A stretch of 64,000 nucleotides of DNA, taken from positions 1 through 64,000 of the IMG/VR virus record IMGVR_UViG_3300006076_000001, one strand, 5' to 3'. The notes under the pieces are model-generated. The model was given only the letters and a program-made list of their open reading frames with translations, searched no databases and had not been told where the DNA came from. The position numbers were made by a program, and so were the translations under genes. Position 1 is the stretch's first letter; each line of letters starts with the position of its first letter. Below are positions 10,497 to 20,631 of the stretch, in pieces. The DNA is from a virus.

Positions 10497-10789
10497 TTAT
10501 TTATTAAGACCATTATATCCTCTTTACTAGGGTATTTTATATAAGTGTTGTTTATATCCAAAGGGTCTATAATGTCATTATAAATAGCTAAGATATAATA
10601 TAGATTTTCATCTTTATATAAATCGTATGCAATAGCATCTAATGGTTTGTCAAATGACACTTCACCTACCATTGGTAGTTGTTTAACTTCTATAAAAAAC
10701 CCTCTACATTTAGATGATAAAGTGTCATAAATTACTCCATTAAAACAATCTTTTATTATTCTTTCTAACTCTGTATTAGGGTTTGTCAT
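10484..10789 (-). CDS. Baseplate wedge protein, LysM/gp53/Tail-X-like
   Basis: LDAIAYDLY.D..LYYILAIYNDIIDP.....IKYP motif. Confidence 0.75.
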   Translation of the reverse strand: MTNPNTELERIIKDCFNGVIYDTLSSKCRGFFIEVKQLPMVGEVSFDKPLDAIAYDLYKDENLYYILAIYNDIIDPLDINNTYIKYPSKEDIMVLINKWGT

Positions 10790-10823
10790 TTTCTGTATCC
10801 TTTCTTTTATTTTTCTATATTAT

Positions 10824-10876
10824 TAGCTATGTATTTAGCTAAAATGTCTCTCTGATGCAAAGAAAAAATAACTCTC
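10824..10876 (-). repeat. Dispersed ~53-bp intergenic element, copy 1 (inverted relative to copies 2 and 3)
   Basis: AGCTA-N6-TAGCT palindrome at 10825-10840 plus TTGCATCAGA; also a TCTGATGCAA/TTGCATCAGA inverted repeat at 10851-10886. Confidence 0.65.
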
Positions 10877-10890
10877 TTGCATCAGAAAAA

Positions 10891-11562
10891 TTATGTTTTA
10901 AAAAATGAAGCAAACTCTTCTGCTGTTAATTTTCTATAAGGTTGGAATGTAAAATCTACTTTAACAAATAAAGGCACTCCCATATCATCTGTAATAGTTG
11001 ATAAAGTCGGATTAGCTGAAGTGCATAATAATCCTGATGCTTCAAACCAATCACCAATTGATAAATGAATAAGTTGTCCGTCAAAAATTGTATAATCGTG
11101 AAATAAGTTTTTAAGCATTTGGTCGTCATATAAATAAGTTCCATATAATCCAGCTTTATCTACATTTGCCATAGTTAATTTATTTATATTAGTCATTAAT
11201 TCTTGGACTGATGATGGATTACCATCTCTACCTAATAATATATCTATTGATAAAGAAAAAGAAATGTCATTAGGAACTCCATAACCTTTTACCGAATCTC
11301 TGATTGAATGTTCTCTTTCTACATCTGACCCAGAAATTTTTTTCAAAAGACCTTTGATAGCTCCCCATCCAAGTGATTCCAATAAATGACCCATTGTAGT
11401 AATTGAATCGGGTGTCATACCTGTAGGAAATGACATAGATTCTGTATTAATATACCCAGTTATATTAACACCAGCATATGGAGCTGAAACAATTACCAAA
11501 AATTTGCTTAAAAAATCTTTATTAAAGACATTAGAAAGATAATCACTTTTATTTACCATCAA
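10891..11562 (-). CDS. Putative tail tube initiator/baseplate tube cap
   Basis: Follows the tape measure gene; LSIGDWF...G.PLFVKVDFTFQPYR pattern. Confidence 0.55.
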   Translation of the reverse strand: MMVNKSDYLSNVFNKDFLSKFLVIVSAPYAGVNITGYINTESMSFPTGMTPDSITTMGHLLESLGWGAIKGLLKKISGSDVEREHSIRDSVKGYGVPNDISFSLSIDILLGRDGNPSSVQELMTNINKLTMANVDKAGLYGTYLYDDQMLKNLFHDYTIFDGQLIHLSIGDWFEASGLLCTSANPTLSTITDDMGVPLFVKVDFTFQPYRKLTAEEFASFFKT

Positions 11563-14288
11563 ATTCCTCCCATTTGTGTAGCTACTTGATAATTACTTAA
11601 ATCCACTTCTCTAACTGGTTGACCTTTTATAATCTGTTGATTAACCATTGTTACATTTTGTTCTGATTTATTACCTTTCTCATTTGTTGTATCTTTTTTA
11701 TTAGTCACATTTAGAACTTTGTCTGTCATATTAGTAGGCACATTAGTACTAACTTTTGCCACTTCTTCCTCTGATATATTTAAGTATCTAGCAATGTGAG
11801 CGTCTGTATATCCTTTAGATTTTAATAATTCAATTTTTCTTCTTAAAGTATCATTAACAGATGAACTACCACTTTTTTTATGGCTAACCCCTGTAGTAGA
11901 AACAGAAATTTTATTTGATGATTTTTGTTGTTTAAGTTTCTCTTGATATAAAGCTTTAAGTCTTTTCATTGTATCATCGTCCCAATCATCAAACTCAATT
12001 AACTTTTTAATATCCTCTGCTGGTAATTTCTGAATCATATCCCAGTCTTTAATTTCTGAGTCACCTATAACATAATGTTCTAACACACCCATATCTTCAA
12101 GTCTCTCAACTAATTCATATTTATCTCCACCAAACAATGATTGGAAAGCTTTAATGTTATGAGAAATAAGACCTGTAGGAGTAAATGCCGAATTAGCTAT
12201 TTTTTTAACTAAATCTTTAGCTTTTTGAAAAGTAGTTTTAGGTTTTTTACCACCTTTCATTTCATCATTTTTTGGTTTAATAGATTTTTTAATAGAAGCA
12301 TTCTCCATTGCAAACTTTTTACTACTATCGTCCATTACAGAAATTAAATTTTTCAACTCTTTTTTATCTTTTATTTGAGTAGCTAAATCTGCAATGCCTT
12401 TCTTAGTTAGATGTAATTTACCATCTATAATATAAGCATCCCCTCTATCAAACTCTTCAGCTAATTTCATTCTATCTTCTAATTTCATTTTATAAAAAGT
12501 TTTAAGTAATTTTTTAGTCTTATCGTCCCAATCATCAAAATGGATTAGGGATTGTAAAGTTTTGTCATCTGCCATTTTTAATAATTTACCCCAATCCTTA
12601 ATTTCTGAATCACCTATAAATGAATAATCTACAATGCCTTGTTGTTCCAATTGGTTAATAATCTCTTTATCTTTACCATATTTATGATTATAGATAGCAA
12701 ACCCTGCTCCAACCACTGCTGTCGCACCTAATACAGCCCAACCTACTGGATTAGATACTAAAGCTGGGATAGCTCTCATTGCTAATCCCGCACCAGTTCT
12801 TAACAATGACCCAGCTCCTCTAGCAATTGTAGAAACTGCTCCCCCAAGTTTAGGTAATTTAATTTTGCTAAAAAGGTTACCGAATAAACCACTAAGTTTA
12901 GCGGCTAATTTACCACCATATTTTTTACTGAATTTATCGAAAATCTTATCTAAAATAGTGTCTTCCCCAAATATCTTGTCAAGAACAGCAATGGTAGCGT
13001 TCTCACCTAATTCTTCTAAAGAGTTGGATTTACTAACTATCTCTCCAAAGAAATGTTTAGAGTTTTGAGCCTTAATCTCTTCACTAACTTCTGCTAAAGT
13101 AGTTGCTGTCTTTTCCAATAACTCGAATCTTTTTTCTTGCAAAATCTTATCAGCATTATCTAATTGATTTGTTTTTACTGCTTCCTCTACCTGTTTAGTA
13201 TAATCCAATAATTTTTCAAATTGGTCTTTTGAAATACCATTTTCAGCAAAAATGTCTCTTAGTTGTTCCTCTGTTAATTTGCCCTCTTTAAACTCTCTAA
13301 AAGTTTTTTCAAGTATCTTTCTCTGTTCTAACGATAAACTGGTAGTTTCTGCTAAATAAGCGTCCATCTCATTCAAAAGAATAGTCATTTCATCAAAATG
13401 TTTATTAATTTTTTCTAATAAAGAAGTAGTGTCCTCACCTTGCTTTTCCAATTCTTTAATAAACTCTTGAAGTGAAACTTGACCTGTTACCAGTTGGTCG
13501 TAAATTGGAGAGTTTTTTATACTATCAGACAAAGTATTATTTAAGGTATCTATTACTTCGTCATATTGTTTAGACATTATATTTTTAGTAATAGATTGTT
13601 CTATTACTTTAGATAACACATCTTTATCTGAGATTTCTATACCTTTTTCCTCTAAAGTTTTTATTGTTTCTATCAAATCAGATAAAGTTTTTTCACTAAG
13701 ACCTCCTGTTTCTTTATATGATTCTACGATTTTATCTAAACCAGATAATAAGTCCTTTCTCTCTAACATAGATACCTTAGTAGTGTTTTTAATATCTTGT
13801 TCCAAAGATGATAAAGTCTTAACCATAGCTTTATTTTCTGCATTTAAGTTCTTAACTAATGCGTCCACTATATTAGCTTCAGCATCAGACAATACAGATT
13901 CAAGTAAATCTTCCAATTGCTTTTTCTGTTTATTATTTACATAATCTGTAGATTCAATTTCTCTTTTAAGATAGTCTCTCTGTTGTCTCTTTTGTTCTAA
14001 AGTGGTTACGGCATCAATAATAATTTCTTGTAAAGCCTCAGGAGTAATAGACTTAGTATCTACATTCTTGTTTATGACTCCTAATTTTTTATAATTTTCA
14101 AGAGTTTTTAACATCTCCTCTGTTAATTTACCCTCCAAGGCATACTCTTCTTGTATTTTTAATAATTGGTCTTCAATTAAAGACAAAGAGGGTAATCCAT
14201 TTTTCTCTAATGTTGATACAAATTTATCTATTTTTAAATTTGTATTTTCTAATAACTTTTTTACTTCTGGACTTAAATTGTTATCCAT
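11559..14288 (-). CDS. Tape measure protein
   Basis: 909 aa helical protein with a Gly/Ala-rich hydrophobic segment (SNPVGWAVLGATAVVGAG); located after the chaperone genes. Confidence 0.75.
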   Translation of the reverse strand: MDNNLSPEVKKLLENTNLKIDKFVSTLEKNGLPSLSLIEDQLLKIQEEYALEGKLTEEMLKTLENYKKLGVINKNVDTKSITPEALQEIIIDAVTTLEQKRQQRDYLKREIESTDYVNNKQKKQLEDLLESVLSDAEANIVDALVKNLNAENKAMVKTLSSLEQDIKNTTKVSMLERKDLLSGLDKIVESYKETGGLSEKTLSDLIETIKTLEEKGIEISDKDVLSKVIEQSITKNIMSKQYDEVIDTLNNTLSDSIKNSPIYDQLVTGQVSLQEFIKELEKQGEDTTSLLEKINKHFDEMTILLNEMDAYLAETTSLSLEQRKILEKTFREFKEGKLTEEQLRDIFAENGISKDQFEKLLDYTKQVEEAVKTNQLDNADKILQEKRFELLEKTATTLAEVSEEIKAQNSKHFFGEIVSKSNSLEELGENATIAVLDKIFGEDTILDKIFDKFSKKYGGKLAAKLSGLFGNLFSKIKLPKLGGAVSTIARGAGSLLRTGAGLAMRAIPALVSNPVGWAVLGATAVVGAGFAIYNHKYGKDKEIINQLEQQGIVDYSFIGDSEIKDWGKLLKMADDKTLQSLIHFDDWDDKTKKLLKTFYKMKLEDRMKLAEEFDRGDAYIIDGKLHLTKKGIADLATQIKDKKELKNLISVMDDSSKKFAMENASIKKSIKPKNDEMKGGKKPKTTFQKAKDLVKKIANSAFTPTGLISHNIKAFQSLFGGDKYELVERLEDMGVLEHYVIGDSEIKDWDMIQKLPAEDIKKLIEFDDWDDDTMKRLKALYQEKLKQQKSSNKISVSTTGVSHKKSGSSSVNDTLRRKIELLKSKGYTDAHIARYLNISEEEVAKVSTNVPTNMTDKVLNVTNKKDTTNEKGNKSEQNVTMVNQQIIKGQPVREVDLSNYQVATQMGGI

Positions 14289-14289
14289 A

Positions 14290-14454
14290 TTATTGCCCCT
14301 TAGATTCCATTTTACTTAATGCAAATTCAACTAAATGCCTAACTTTACTATATAACATTTCTTTTTGTATAGATGTATGAAACATCATCATATATGAAAC
14401 TTCCAAATCTAATAAATTTTTATAAGAATAGCTAGGGTAAAACCTTAAACACAT
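14290..14454 (-). CDS. Small ORF overlapping the end of the tail chaperone; probable frameshift extension (G-T-like)
   Basis: +1 frame open from 14454 to TAA at 14292-14290 (..PSYSYKNLLDLEVSYMMMFHTSIQKEMLYSKVRHLVEFALSKMESKGQ); fills the gap to the TMP start; no obvious RBS of its own. Confidence 0.6.
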   Translation of the reverse strand: MCLRFYPSYSYKNLLDLEVSYMMMFHTSIQKEMLYSKVRHLVEFALSKMESKGQ

Positions 14455-15322
14455 TCATAGATACATAAATTTTATTATGATACCCACACTTAGGACATCT
14501 TCTAATAATAGGTTTCAATTTAATGTCGGTCTTAGAGTCGTATTCAATAAGCTTATTAATCTCACTAATAGGTAAATTAGAAACCAAATTGTATCTATAA
14601 CCTATGGGATAAGAATTATCAATAAACAATGCAAATTTAGCTACTTTTTCATTAATTTCTGTTTTTACCCTTTTAAAGTCTTCTAATTCTATTATATCAG
14701 ACACCTTAACAGGCTTAAGTTTTATTTTATCCCCATTTACTTCAATATAATCTTCTATGTCAGTTATAACTGAATAGAAATCGATTTCTTCTAATGATAT
14801 CGGTTTATTAAGAGTAGTATTACAAACTGCTACATCTGGTAATAACTCCATTTTAGCTGTTAATTCTAATACCTCTTCCATAAGAGAATTGATTTCTTCT
14901 TCATCATCTAATTCACTAAGTTTTGATTCTAATTTTTCTATGTCCTGTTTAAGTTTTTCTTTCTCTGGGTTTGGCTCTACTAAGTTCCTACATTTAAAAA
15001 CAACTGGCGGAGAGTAATTATCAAATGATAGCATATTAGCAATAGCTGTAGAAATTAAAAAGTCTGGAATCTCCATCTCTCTAATGTCTATTCCTTTAAT
15101 TACATCATCAAAAATAGTAACTAACTTAGAAAGTTGCTTCTCAAACTCTATGTCTTCATCATAAAATTTTGATAAAGCCTCTACCTCTGAAAAATAAAGA
15201 CCTCTTATATAAACTTTATTTGTATTATATGACCTAAATTTAGATGGTAAATCAATAACCTCTAAGTACTGGTCTAATCTTTCTGCTTTATCACTCATTA
15301 ATTTTTTAAACGAAATCTGCAT
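14432..15322 (-). CDS. Tail assembly chaperone / baseplate hub assembly protein (T4 gp26-like)
   Basis: IDLPSK...VYIRG, IKLKPVKVSD, C-terminal RCPKCG; sits between the tube and tape measure genes. Confidence 0.7.
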   Translation of the reverse strand: MQISFKKLMSDKAERLDQYLEVIDLPSKFRSYNTNKVYIRGLYFSEVEALSKFYDEDIEFEKQLSKLVTIFDDVIKGIDIREMEIPDFLISTAIANMLSFDNYSPPVVFKCRNLVEPNPEKEKLKQDIEKLESKLSELDDEEEINSLMEEVLELTAKMELLPDVAVCNTTLNKPISLEEIDFYSVITDIEDYIEVNGDKIKLKPVKVSDIIELEDFKRVKTEINEKVAKFALFIDNSYPIGYRYNLVSNLPISEINKLIEYDSKTDIKLKPIIRRCPKCGYHNKIYVSMNVFKVLP

Positions 15323-15347
15323 CTTCTGACTCCTTTTATCTTAAATA

Positions 15348-15866
15348 TCACTTTTTATTAACACCTAACACTGAAAAGCTTATCGGTAAAGTCCCTAATG
15401 AATAATCTTGGTCTCCCCTAATTGTTAAATCCTTACTAGGTATAACATTAAAAAAGTATTTTTCTTTTATAGTTTTATCTTTCTTATAAATTTCTATAAC
15501 CATTTCCCAAGAGTCTTTTAATAATTGTTCTATATTTTTAACTAATAAAGTGTCCTTACCAAAAAGTTGTTCCCACTTATCTAAAATAATATTTCTTATT
15601 GTTCCCTCTTCATCGTCTATTACTTCCAATTGTACCTCTTTTATAAGTTGTAACCCAACAGGAAACTGAATTTCTAATTGTAAAGGCGTTAGAGTTAGAG
15701 ACTTTTCTATCGTAGAAATAGTAAAAGAGTAATTTACCACTGGAACATACTGCTTATTTAATAAATTTAATTTATTTCCATTATTTTTAGATGTGAAATA
15801 TACTAAGCCTTGTGATGTATGAGCTGGTTCAAATCCTGAACTTTTAATCTGATTTAAAGAAATCAA
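15348..15866 (-). CDS. Second tail tube-like protein
   Basis: Tube-like size and beta pattern, adjacent to the major tube gene; TTG start. Confidence 0.5.
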   Translation of the reverse strand: MISLNQIKSSGFEPAHTSQGLVYFTSKNNGNKLNLLNKQYVPVVNYSFTISTIEKSLTLTPLQLEIQFPVGLQLIKEVQLEVIDDEEGTIRNIILDKWEQLFGKDTLLVKNIEQLLKDSWEMVIEIYKKDKTIKEKYFFNVIPSKDLTIRGDQDYSLGTLPISFSVLGVNKK

Positions 15867-15872
15867 AGAAAC

Positions 15873-15889
15873 CTCCCTTTTTTAGGGAG
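15873..15889 (-). promoter_or_regulatory. Hairpin after the tube gene containing the Shine-Dalgarno of the next gene
   Basis: CTCCCT-AAAAA-AGGGAG on the minus strand followed by GTTTCTTTG (TTG start at 15866). Confidence 0.5.
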
Positions 15890-15908
15890 ATATCAAAAAA
15901 CTAAATGA

Positions 15909-16445
15909 TTACCATTTAACTTTTTTACTTTCATAATGATAATCATCATAAGTAAATGTAACTGATGGATTTTGAACTGCTGAATCTTGTCCTAATTGAG
16001 CCACTGGGTCAAAGTCTGGTAAGCATCCAATTAAATGATATGTTTTAGTAGGATTATCATCTCCGTCAAGCATAATTAAATCAATATCAGCTTTTAAATC
16101 TTCTGTTTTTGCTTGTTTTCCAGTAGTGTCTTTACCATCACCAGACCAGTAAGCGTTATACCATTGCATAAATACATCTTCTACTCCTGCATCTGTCCCA
16201 TCTACCAATTGTAGAGGAATTGAGCCACTTTTTTCCATTTTACCTGCAAAATTTAAAGTATGCCCAGCTACTTTTACTTGAATATGGTTAGGAGTAGCTT
16301 TAGGTGCTTGTGTAGATATAGCTCTAATTTCAATGTCTTCTGGTATGTTTATACCTTTAGGTTTAGTAACAAATCTAATTTGCCACCTATATAGTGTTTG
16401 AACTTCCCCAACCGCTTTTCTAGCTTTAGAATAACTAATTTTCAT
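15909..16445 (-). CDS. Tail tube protein (gp19-like)
   Basis: YRWQIRF, G...FAGK, W..., TYHLIGCLP, VTFTYD; directly downstream of the sheath gene. Confidence 0.85.
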   Translation of the reverse strand: MKISYSKARKAVGEVQTLYRWQIRFVTKPKGINIPEDIEIRAISTQAPKATPNHIQVKVAGHTLNFAGKMEKSGSIPLQLVDGTDAGVEDVFMQWYNAYWSGDGKDTTGKQAKTEDLKADIDLIMLDGDDNPTKTYHLIGCLPDFDPVAQLGQDSAVQNPSVTFTYDDYHYESKKVKW

Positions 16446-16479
16446 TTTATCAACTCCTTATATTGATATTAAACGGAAC

Positions 16480-19047
16480 TTAAAGTTCCGCTTTGATTTC
16501 TACCCCATAAGGGTATGTTGCTAATGTAACTGGAATCTCTTTAATAGAGCTTGTAGGTTGAATTCCTACGAAAATTGGCATTCTTTGATTGTTAATATCT
16601 TGACCTGAAATAACATCTTTAACTGCTACTTTATATTTATAAAGCCCTCTTTTTGATTTGATATCCATTAGGAACTTATCAATTGCTCTTTCTGTTTCTA
16701 CCCAAGTTCTTTCATCATTGAAATCGAACTCTTTGTATTCAAGCATTTCTCTAAGTCCGTGTTTGATAACAATCAATAAGATTGCTACACTTCTTTGTGT
16801 TAATGGACTTGGTTTGCTAAACAATGTTCTATTACCCCAGATTGCAAACCCTTTATCTGAACTATATTTTAATGGGTTAATTCTGTTATCTATTAACCAG
16901 TCTCTCTCAGGCTCTGATGGAACGATTTTAGATTCAAGAACTCTAATTCTACCTCTTTCCCAACCAGCTGCTGGATACCAGTCATAATAATCTTTATGAG
17001 TAATTGTTTGAGCCACAATTGCAAATGCACTAGGTGGAGTCCATACATACTTTTTGTTATATCTATCATAAATTTTAACCCAACCTGCAAACACTGATGC
17101 CTTTTCTGTATTAAGATTTAGACTTGCTACATAATCAACTACATCTTGTTTCCAATTGTTACTGTCTTCTGCATTAGGGTCAATTGATAGATAACAATGT
17201 GTTTCATCTTGTTTTTCTGCAATCTCTACCATTGCTTGAGCGTAAGCTGGGTGTGTGTATCCACCATCACAAAGTAATACTACAGGTGTTTTTTCTCTAT
17301 TTTCAAGTGTATATAAAGCATTTAACATTTCAGCTAATGTTACTGGTGACCCATCACTACCACCATTCATTAAATTAACACCTGCATCAAGTAATTTACC
17401 AACTTTATCACCAATTACAAATGTTTTACCAATTGGGTAATTGTAGAATACTCTATCTAATTTTGTAATTGGGTAATATCTAACTCCGTGATAAATTCCC
17501 TCATCAGCATTATTATAAGATGCATCAAATTTGTATAATTCAGTTTGTTTTGTATTACCCTCTAAGTCTTCATATGTTCTAGCGATTTCATACTCTTCAA
17601 CTGGTCTATCAAGAATAATGTAATTGTTTGCACTATCTATGCTACTAATTTTATATTCTTTTGAATACACTGGAGAACCACCTATATTAACATCATAAAC
17701 AAATTTAACTCTATCACCTATTGATAATCCATCAACTGATGAAAGTAATACTTGTTTATGTCCTCTCAATACATTTTCTGCTAAATGAATTCCTGTTGAA
17801 ATAAATACATCTTCTGGCAATTGTCTCCAGTAACTATGGTCTGTATAAAGTGGATTATTTTCAAAGTTTCTGTTATCAATTACTTTGATGTATTTTGATT
17901 TACCATTAATTCTGTCTTCTAAATAAAGTTGATTATCATTACCATCAATAAAATCGTGTTTTGTAACTTCCCAAGTTTCTACAAGAACTCCCTCATCATA
18001 TACTAAAATGTTGAAAGCTTCTTCATAATTTTTGCTAGGAGCTATACCAATAGAAATTTTACCATTGCCCCAAGCACCAGCTGATTCTTCTACTACTAAG
18101 AATGAATCTCTTTCTTCAAATTCATAATGAGTGATTTTCATTAGGTTTTTACCTATTGTATCTACTTCTGCTTTAATGTTATCTACATAAATTACATTTT
18201 CATCTACTGTTAATTTATCTTTTTGTTTTACAGTTGTAGTTTGGTCTCCAATTTTGATTTCCATTGTAGGAGTTAGATAGTCTGCATTATCAACTAAAAT
18301 CTGTTTTGAATTTTCAGCATTAGCCATTACAGTAGGATTACCTTTAATTGGATTACCATCTTTATCTTTAATTACAGTCCCCTTAGTTACTGTAACCGCA
18401 TCATCTAAAGTAACTAAATCATACTCCACTTTCTCTGTTTTTAAATCCACAATAGTGTAGTATGGTAATGATTCTCCTACATTGTTATTTGGGTCATTTA
18501 GTTCATCTTCAGTCAATGAATTAGAAACAATGCTAAATTTGTCCCCAACTTGAAGAGTACCAAAAGTATCAACCACTAATTTACCCATTTTAAGTGGAGA
18601 TTTCATTTCAATGTTTTCTTTTGCGTATGTTCTATTACCTAAATAAAGTGGAAATTCAAATGATTCTAATTTTTTATATGGAATACCATCATCTAATGGT
18701 TTTACTACCATTGCTTCATCATTCCATTTAGCAAATGGATTAGTTGTATCTATTGAAATAGTTTTTCCTCTAACCAATACTCCAGCATACTTAGTATCAT
18801 CTGTAGCTGCTCTAACTACCCATACTTTTCCATTTTCACTTAACATAGTTAAAGCACTATAAGTCTCTGGAAATCTTGGGTCTGGGTCTCCATACACATC
18901 TAAGTATTCAGACACTGAAGTAGTAAGTCTTGGAACATTAATATCACCTTTACCTGCTCTCACTACAATACCAGCAAAAATCCCATCCATTGATGGAACT
19001 ACATCACCTCTAATTTGCTCTTTTATAATAACTTTTGCACTTCCCAT
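16480..19047 (-). CDS. Tail sheath protein with large inserted domains
   Basis: KGDINVP...YGDP, VWVVRA, WTPPS, WYPAAGWERG, RINP, IWGNRTL, FDFNDE. Confidence 0.93.
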   Translation of the reverse strand: MGSAKVIIKEQIRGDVVPSMDGIFAGIVVRAGKGDINVPRLTTSVSEYLDVYGDPDPRFPETYSALTMLSENGKVWVVRAATDDTKYAGVLVRGKTISIDTTNPFAKWNDEAMVVKPLDDGIPYKKLESFEFPLYLGNRTYAKENIEMKSPLKMGKLVVDTFGTLQVGDKFSIVSNSLTEDELNDPNNNVGESLPYYTIVDLKTEKVEYDLVTLDDAVTVTKGTVIKDKDGNPIKGNPTVMANAENSKQILVDNADYLTPTMEIKIGDQTTTVKQKDKLTVDENVIYVDNIKAEVDTIGKNLMKITHYEFEERDSFLVVEESAGAWGNGKISIGIAPSKNYEEAFNILVYDEGVLVETWEVTKHDFIDGNDNQLYLEDRINGKSKYIKVIDNRNFENNPLYTDHSYWRQLPEDVFISTGIHLAENVLRGHKQVLLSSVDGLSIGDRVKFVYDVNIGGSPVYSKEYKISSIDSANNYIILDRPVEEYEIARTYEDLEGNTKQTELYKFDASYNNADEGIYHGVRYYPITKLDRVFYNYPIGKTFVIGDKVGKLLDAGVNLMNGGSDGSPVTLAEMLNALYTLENREKTPVVLLCDGGYTHPAYAQAMVEIAEKQDETHCYLSIDPNAEDSNNWKQDVVDYVASLNLNTEKASVFAGWVKIYDRYNKKYVWTPPSAFAIVAQTITHKDYYDWYPAAGWERGRIRVLESKIVPSEPERDWLIDNRINPLKYSSDKGFAIWGNRTLFSKPSPLTQRSVAILLIVIKHGLREMLEYKEFDFNDERTWVETERAIDKFLMDIKSKRGLYKYKVAVKDVISGQDINNQRMPIFVGIQPTSSIKEIPVTLATYPYGVEIKAEL

Positions 19048-19058
19048 AAGTTTGCTCC

Positions 19059-19247
19059 TTATAATTTTTTGAAGATAAGTTTGTTACCAAATTGTTTAAC
19101 TAAATTAACAAATTGTTTGTTAGTAAAAATATTTGTAACTAATGACCCTCTTGGCGGAACTGTCACAATGTCCTCTTTATTACCTAAGCCCACTGTATCC
19201 ACAAACTGTTGGAAATCCGTTTTGTTAATAATTTTACATCTAATCAT
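19059..19247 (-). CDS. Small protein upstream of the sheath gene
   Basis: Good RBS (AAGGAG); first gene after a putative late promoter. Confidence 0.55.
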   Translation of the reverse strand: MIRCKIINKTDFQQFVDTVGLGNKEDIVTVPPRGSLVTNIFTNKQFVNLVKQFGNKLIFKKL

Positions 19248-19269
19248 AGGTAATTACTCCTTACATTAA

Positions 19270-19297
19270 AATTTACATAAAGTGTAATTTTAAAACT
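19270..19297 (-). promoter_or_regulatory. Putative late promoter, AGTTTT-N11-TTATGTAAATT (copy 1)
   Basis: Same motif with the same spacing upstream of the scaffold/capsid operon (33083-33110). Confidence 0.55.
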
Positions 19298-19310
19298 CGG
19301 AGTAATGAAA

Positions 19311-20057
19311 TTATACTTTTAATTTCAAGTCTATTTCTTTTAGCGGTTTTTTATATTTAACATAATTTGATAACATTAAACCATATACATTACATTTAAA
19401 TGATACTTGAAGAAGATTACCATACTTAGTGTAATCTATATGTCCCACACTGTCTATATCAAGGAAACTAATATTAAAATCCATTTCAATTGGCTCTAAT
19501 CCGTCCCCTATATTGACCTCAAACTCTATATTTCTTAATCTGTTAAAATGTCTCAAATAAATAAATTGAAAATCATTCATTATTCTGGTACTAAATGTAA
19601 GGAATTTACACTCATATGAGACTTTACCATACATAGCATCTCTAAATGGAACTTCAAAATTAGGGTCTTCTAATTGTTTTTCTCTTATGTATTGAATTAC
19701 TTCATAAAACCCCGTTTCTTTAAGTATTGCTTTCTCTTTGAATTTAGATTTTATATCTACATCAGGGTTATTAAAAAACACTTCTAAGTTTATATTATTA
19801 AATTTATCATCTACCCTCTGAAATGGAGAATAATTATACATTAATAAATTATAACTCTCTTTATGCATTTTTTGCAACTCTTCATCTGTTAAATTGATAA
19901 TTTCATCTAAAGTAAATAGTTTTTTATAATTTAATGAAGTTAAATATTGATTTAACATATCTAAAGATGGAACATACTTAACATCCATTTTAATATTAAA
20001 TTTAGATAACTCTAATACAATAAATTTCATTACTTCGTGATGCAACCTACTAAGCAT
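19311..20057 (-). CDS. Putative tail terminator/sheath stabiliser
   Basis: Position between the neck and sheath genes; size. Confidence 0.4.
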   Translation of the reverse strand: MLSRLHHEVMKFIVLELSKFNIKMDVKYVPSLDMLNQYLTSLNYKKLFTLDEIINLTDEELQKMHKESYNLLMYNYSPFQRVDDKFNNINLEVFFNNPDVDIKSKFKEKAILKETGFYEVIQYIREKQLEDPNFEVPFRDAMYGKVSYECKFLTFSTRIMNDFQFIYLRHFNRLRNIEFEVNIGDGLEPIEMDFNISFLDIDSVGHIDYTKYGNLLQVSFKCNVYGLMLSNYVKYKKPLKEIDLKLKV

Positions 20058-20073
20058 TATGACTCCTCCCTTT

Positions 20074-20631
20074 TCATTCTACTGGTTTATAAACCAAATC
20101 ATTTGAATTGTTATTAGATGTGTCAATATTATCATCTTCTGTAATAATATCTTCATCTACATACCATTCTGGTAATGGTTTTTCAAGTTTAGACTCAATG
20201 GTATCTTTATCTCTTGGCAATCTAAATTCTTTATCTGGAACTACAAAATATTTAGTTAAAATGATTCTTTCATCATCTCTAATTTGTTTGATATCAGAAA
20301 TTATATAACTTGTTTTACCCCATTTTGTATCCATAACTATTAAAGAGTGTCTCGGAAAATGATAATCTGTAGTAGTATAAACTGCTTGGTCGTCATCTAA
20401 AAAAGAACTAATTATGTCTAAGTTATCCTCTTTCTTTTTAAAAATAAATGGTGCAAGTAATTTACCCTCATAAATTGGAGTCTGTTCCCACTCAATATTA
20501 GAATCAAAATAGCCGTGAGCTGGGTCATTAAATTTAATCGGTTTATAAACCTTTGAGGTTATACCAAAAATTTTTGTAAGAGATTTAATAGCTGAGTTTA
20601 TACCTTTAGCTATTCCTCTTGTTACTCTCAT
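20074..20631 (-). CDS. Putative head closure/neck protein
   Basis: Synteny; beta-rich; follows the adaptor-like gene. Confidence 0.4.
   Translation of the reverse strand: MRVTRGIAKGINSAIKSLTKIFGITSKVYKPIKFNDPAHGYFDSNIEWEQTPIYEGKLLAPFIFKKKEDNLDIISSFLDDDQAVYTTTDYHFPRHSLIVMDTKWGKTSYIISDIKQIRDDERIILTKYFVVPDKEFRLPRDKDTIESKLEKPLPEWYVDEDIITEDDNIDTSNNNSNDLVYKPVE

Noticed and set aside
5571-19047. T6SS, tailocin or eCIS interpretation of the PAAR/gp25/sheath genes
   Set aside because: Capsid, portal, terminase and replication genes show that this is a phage
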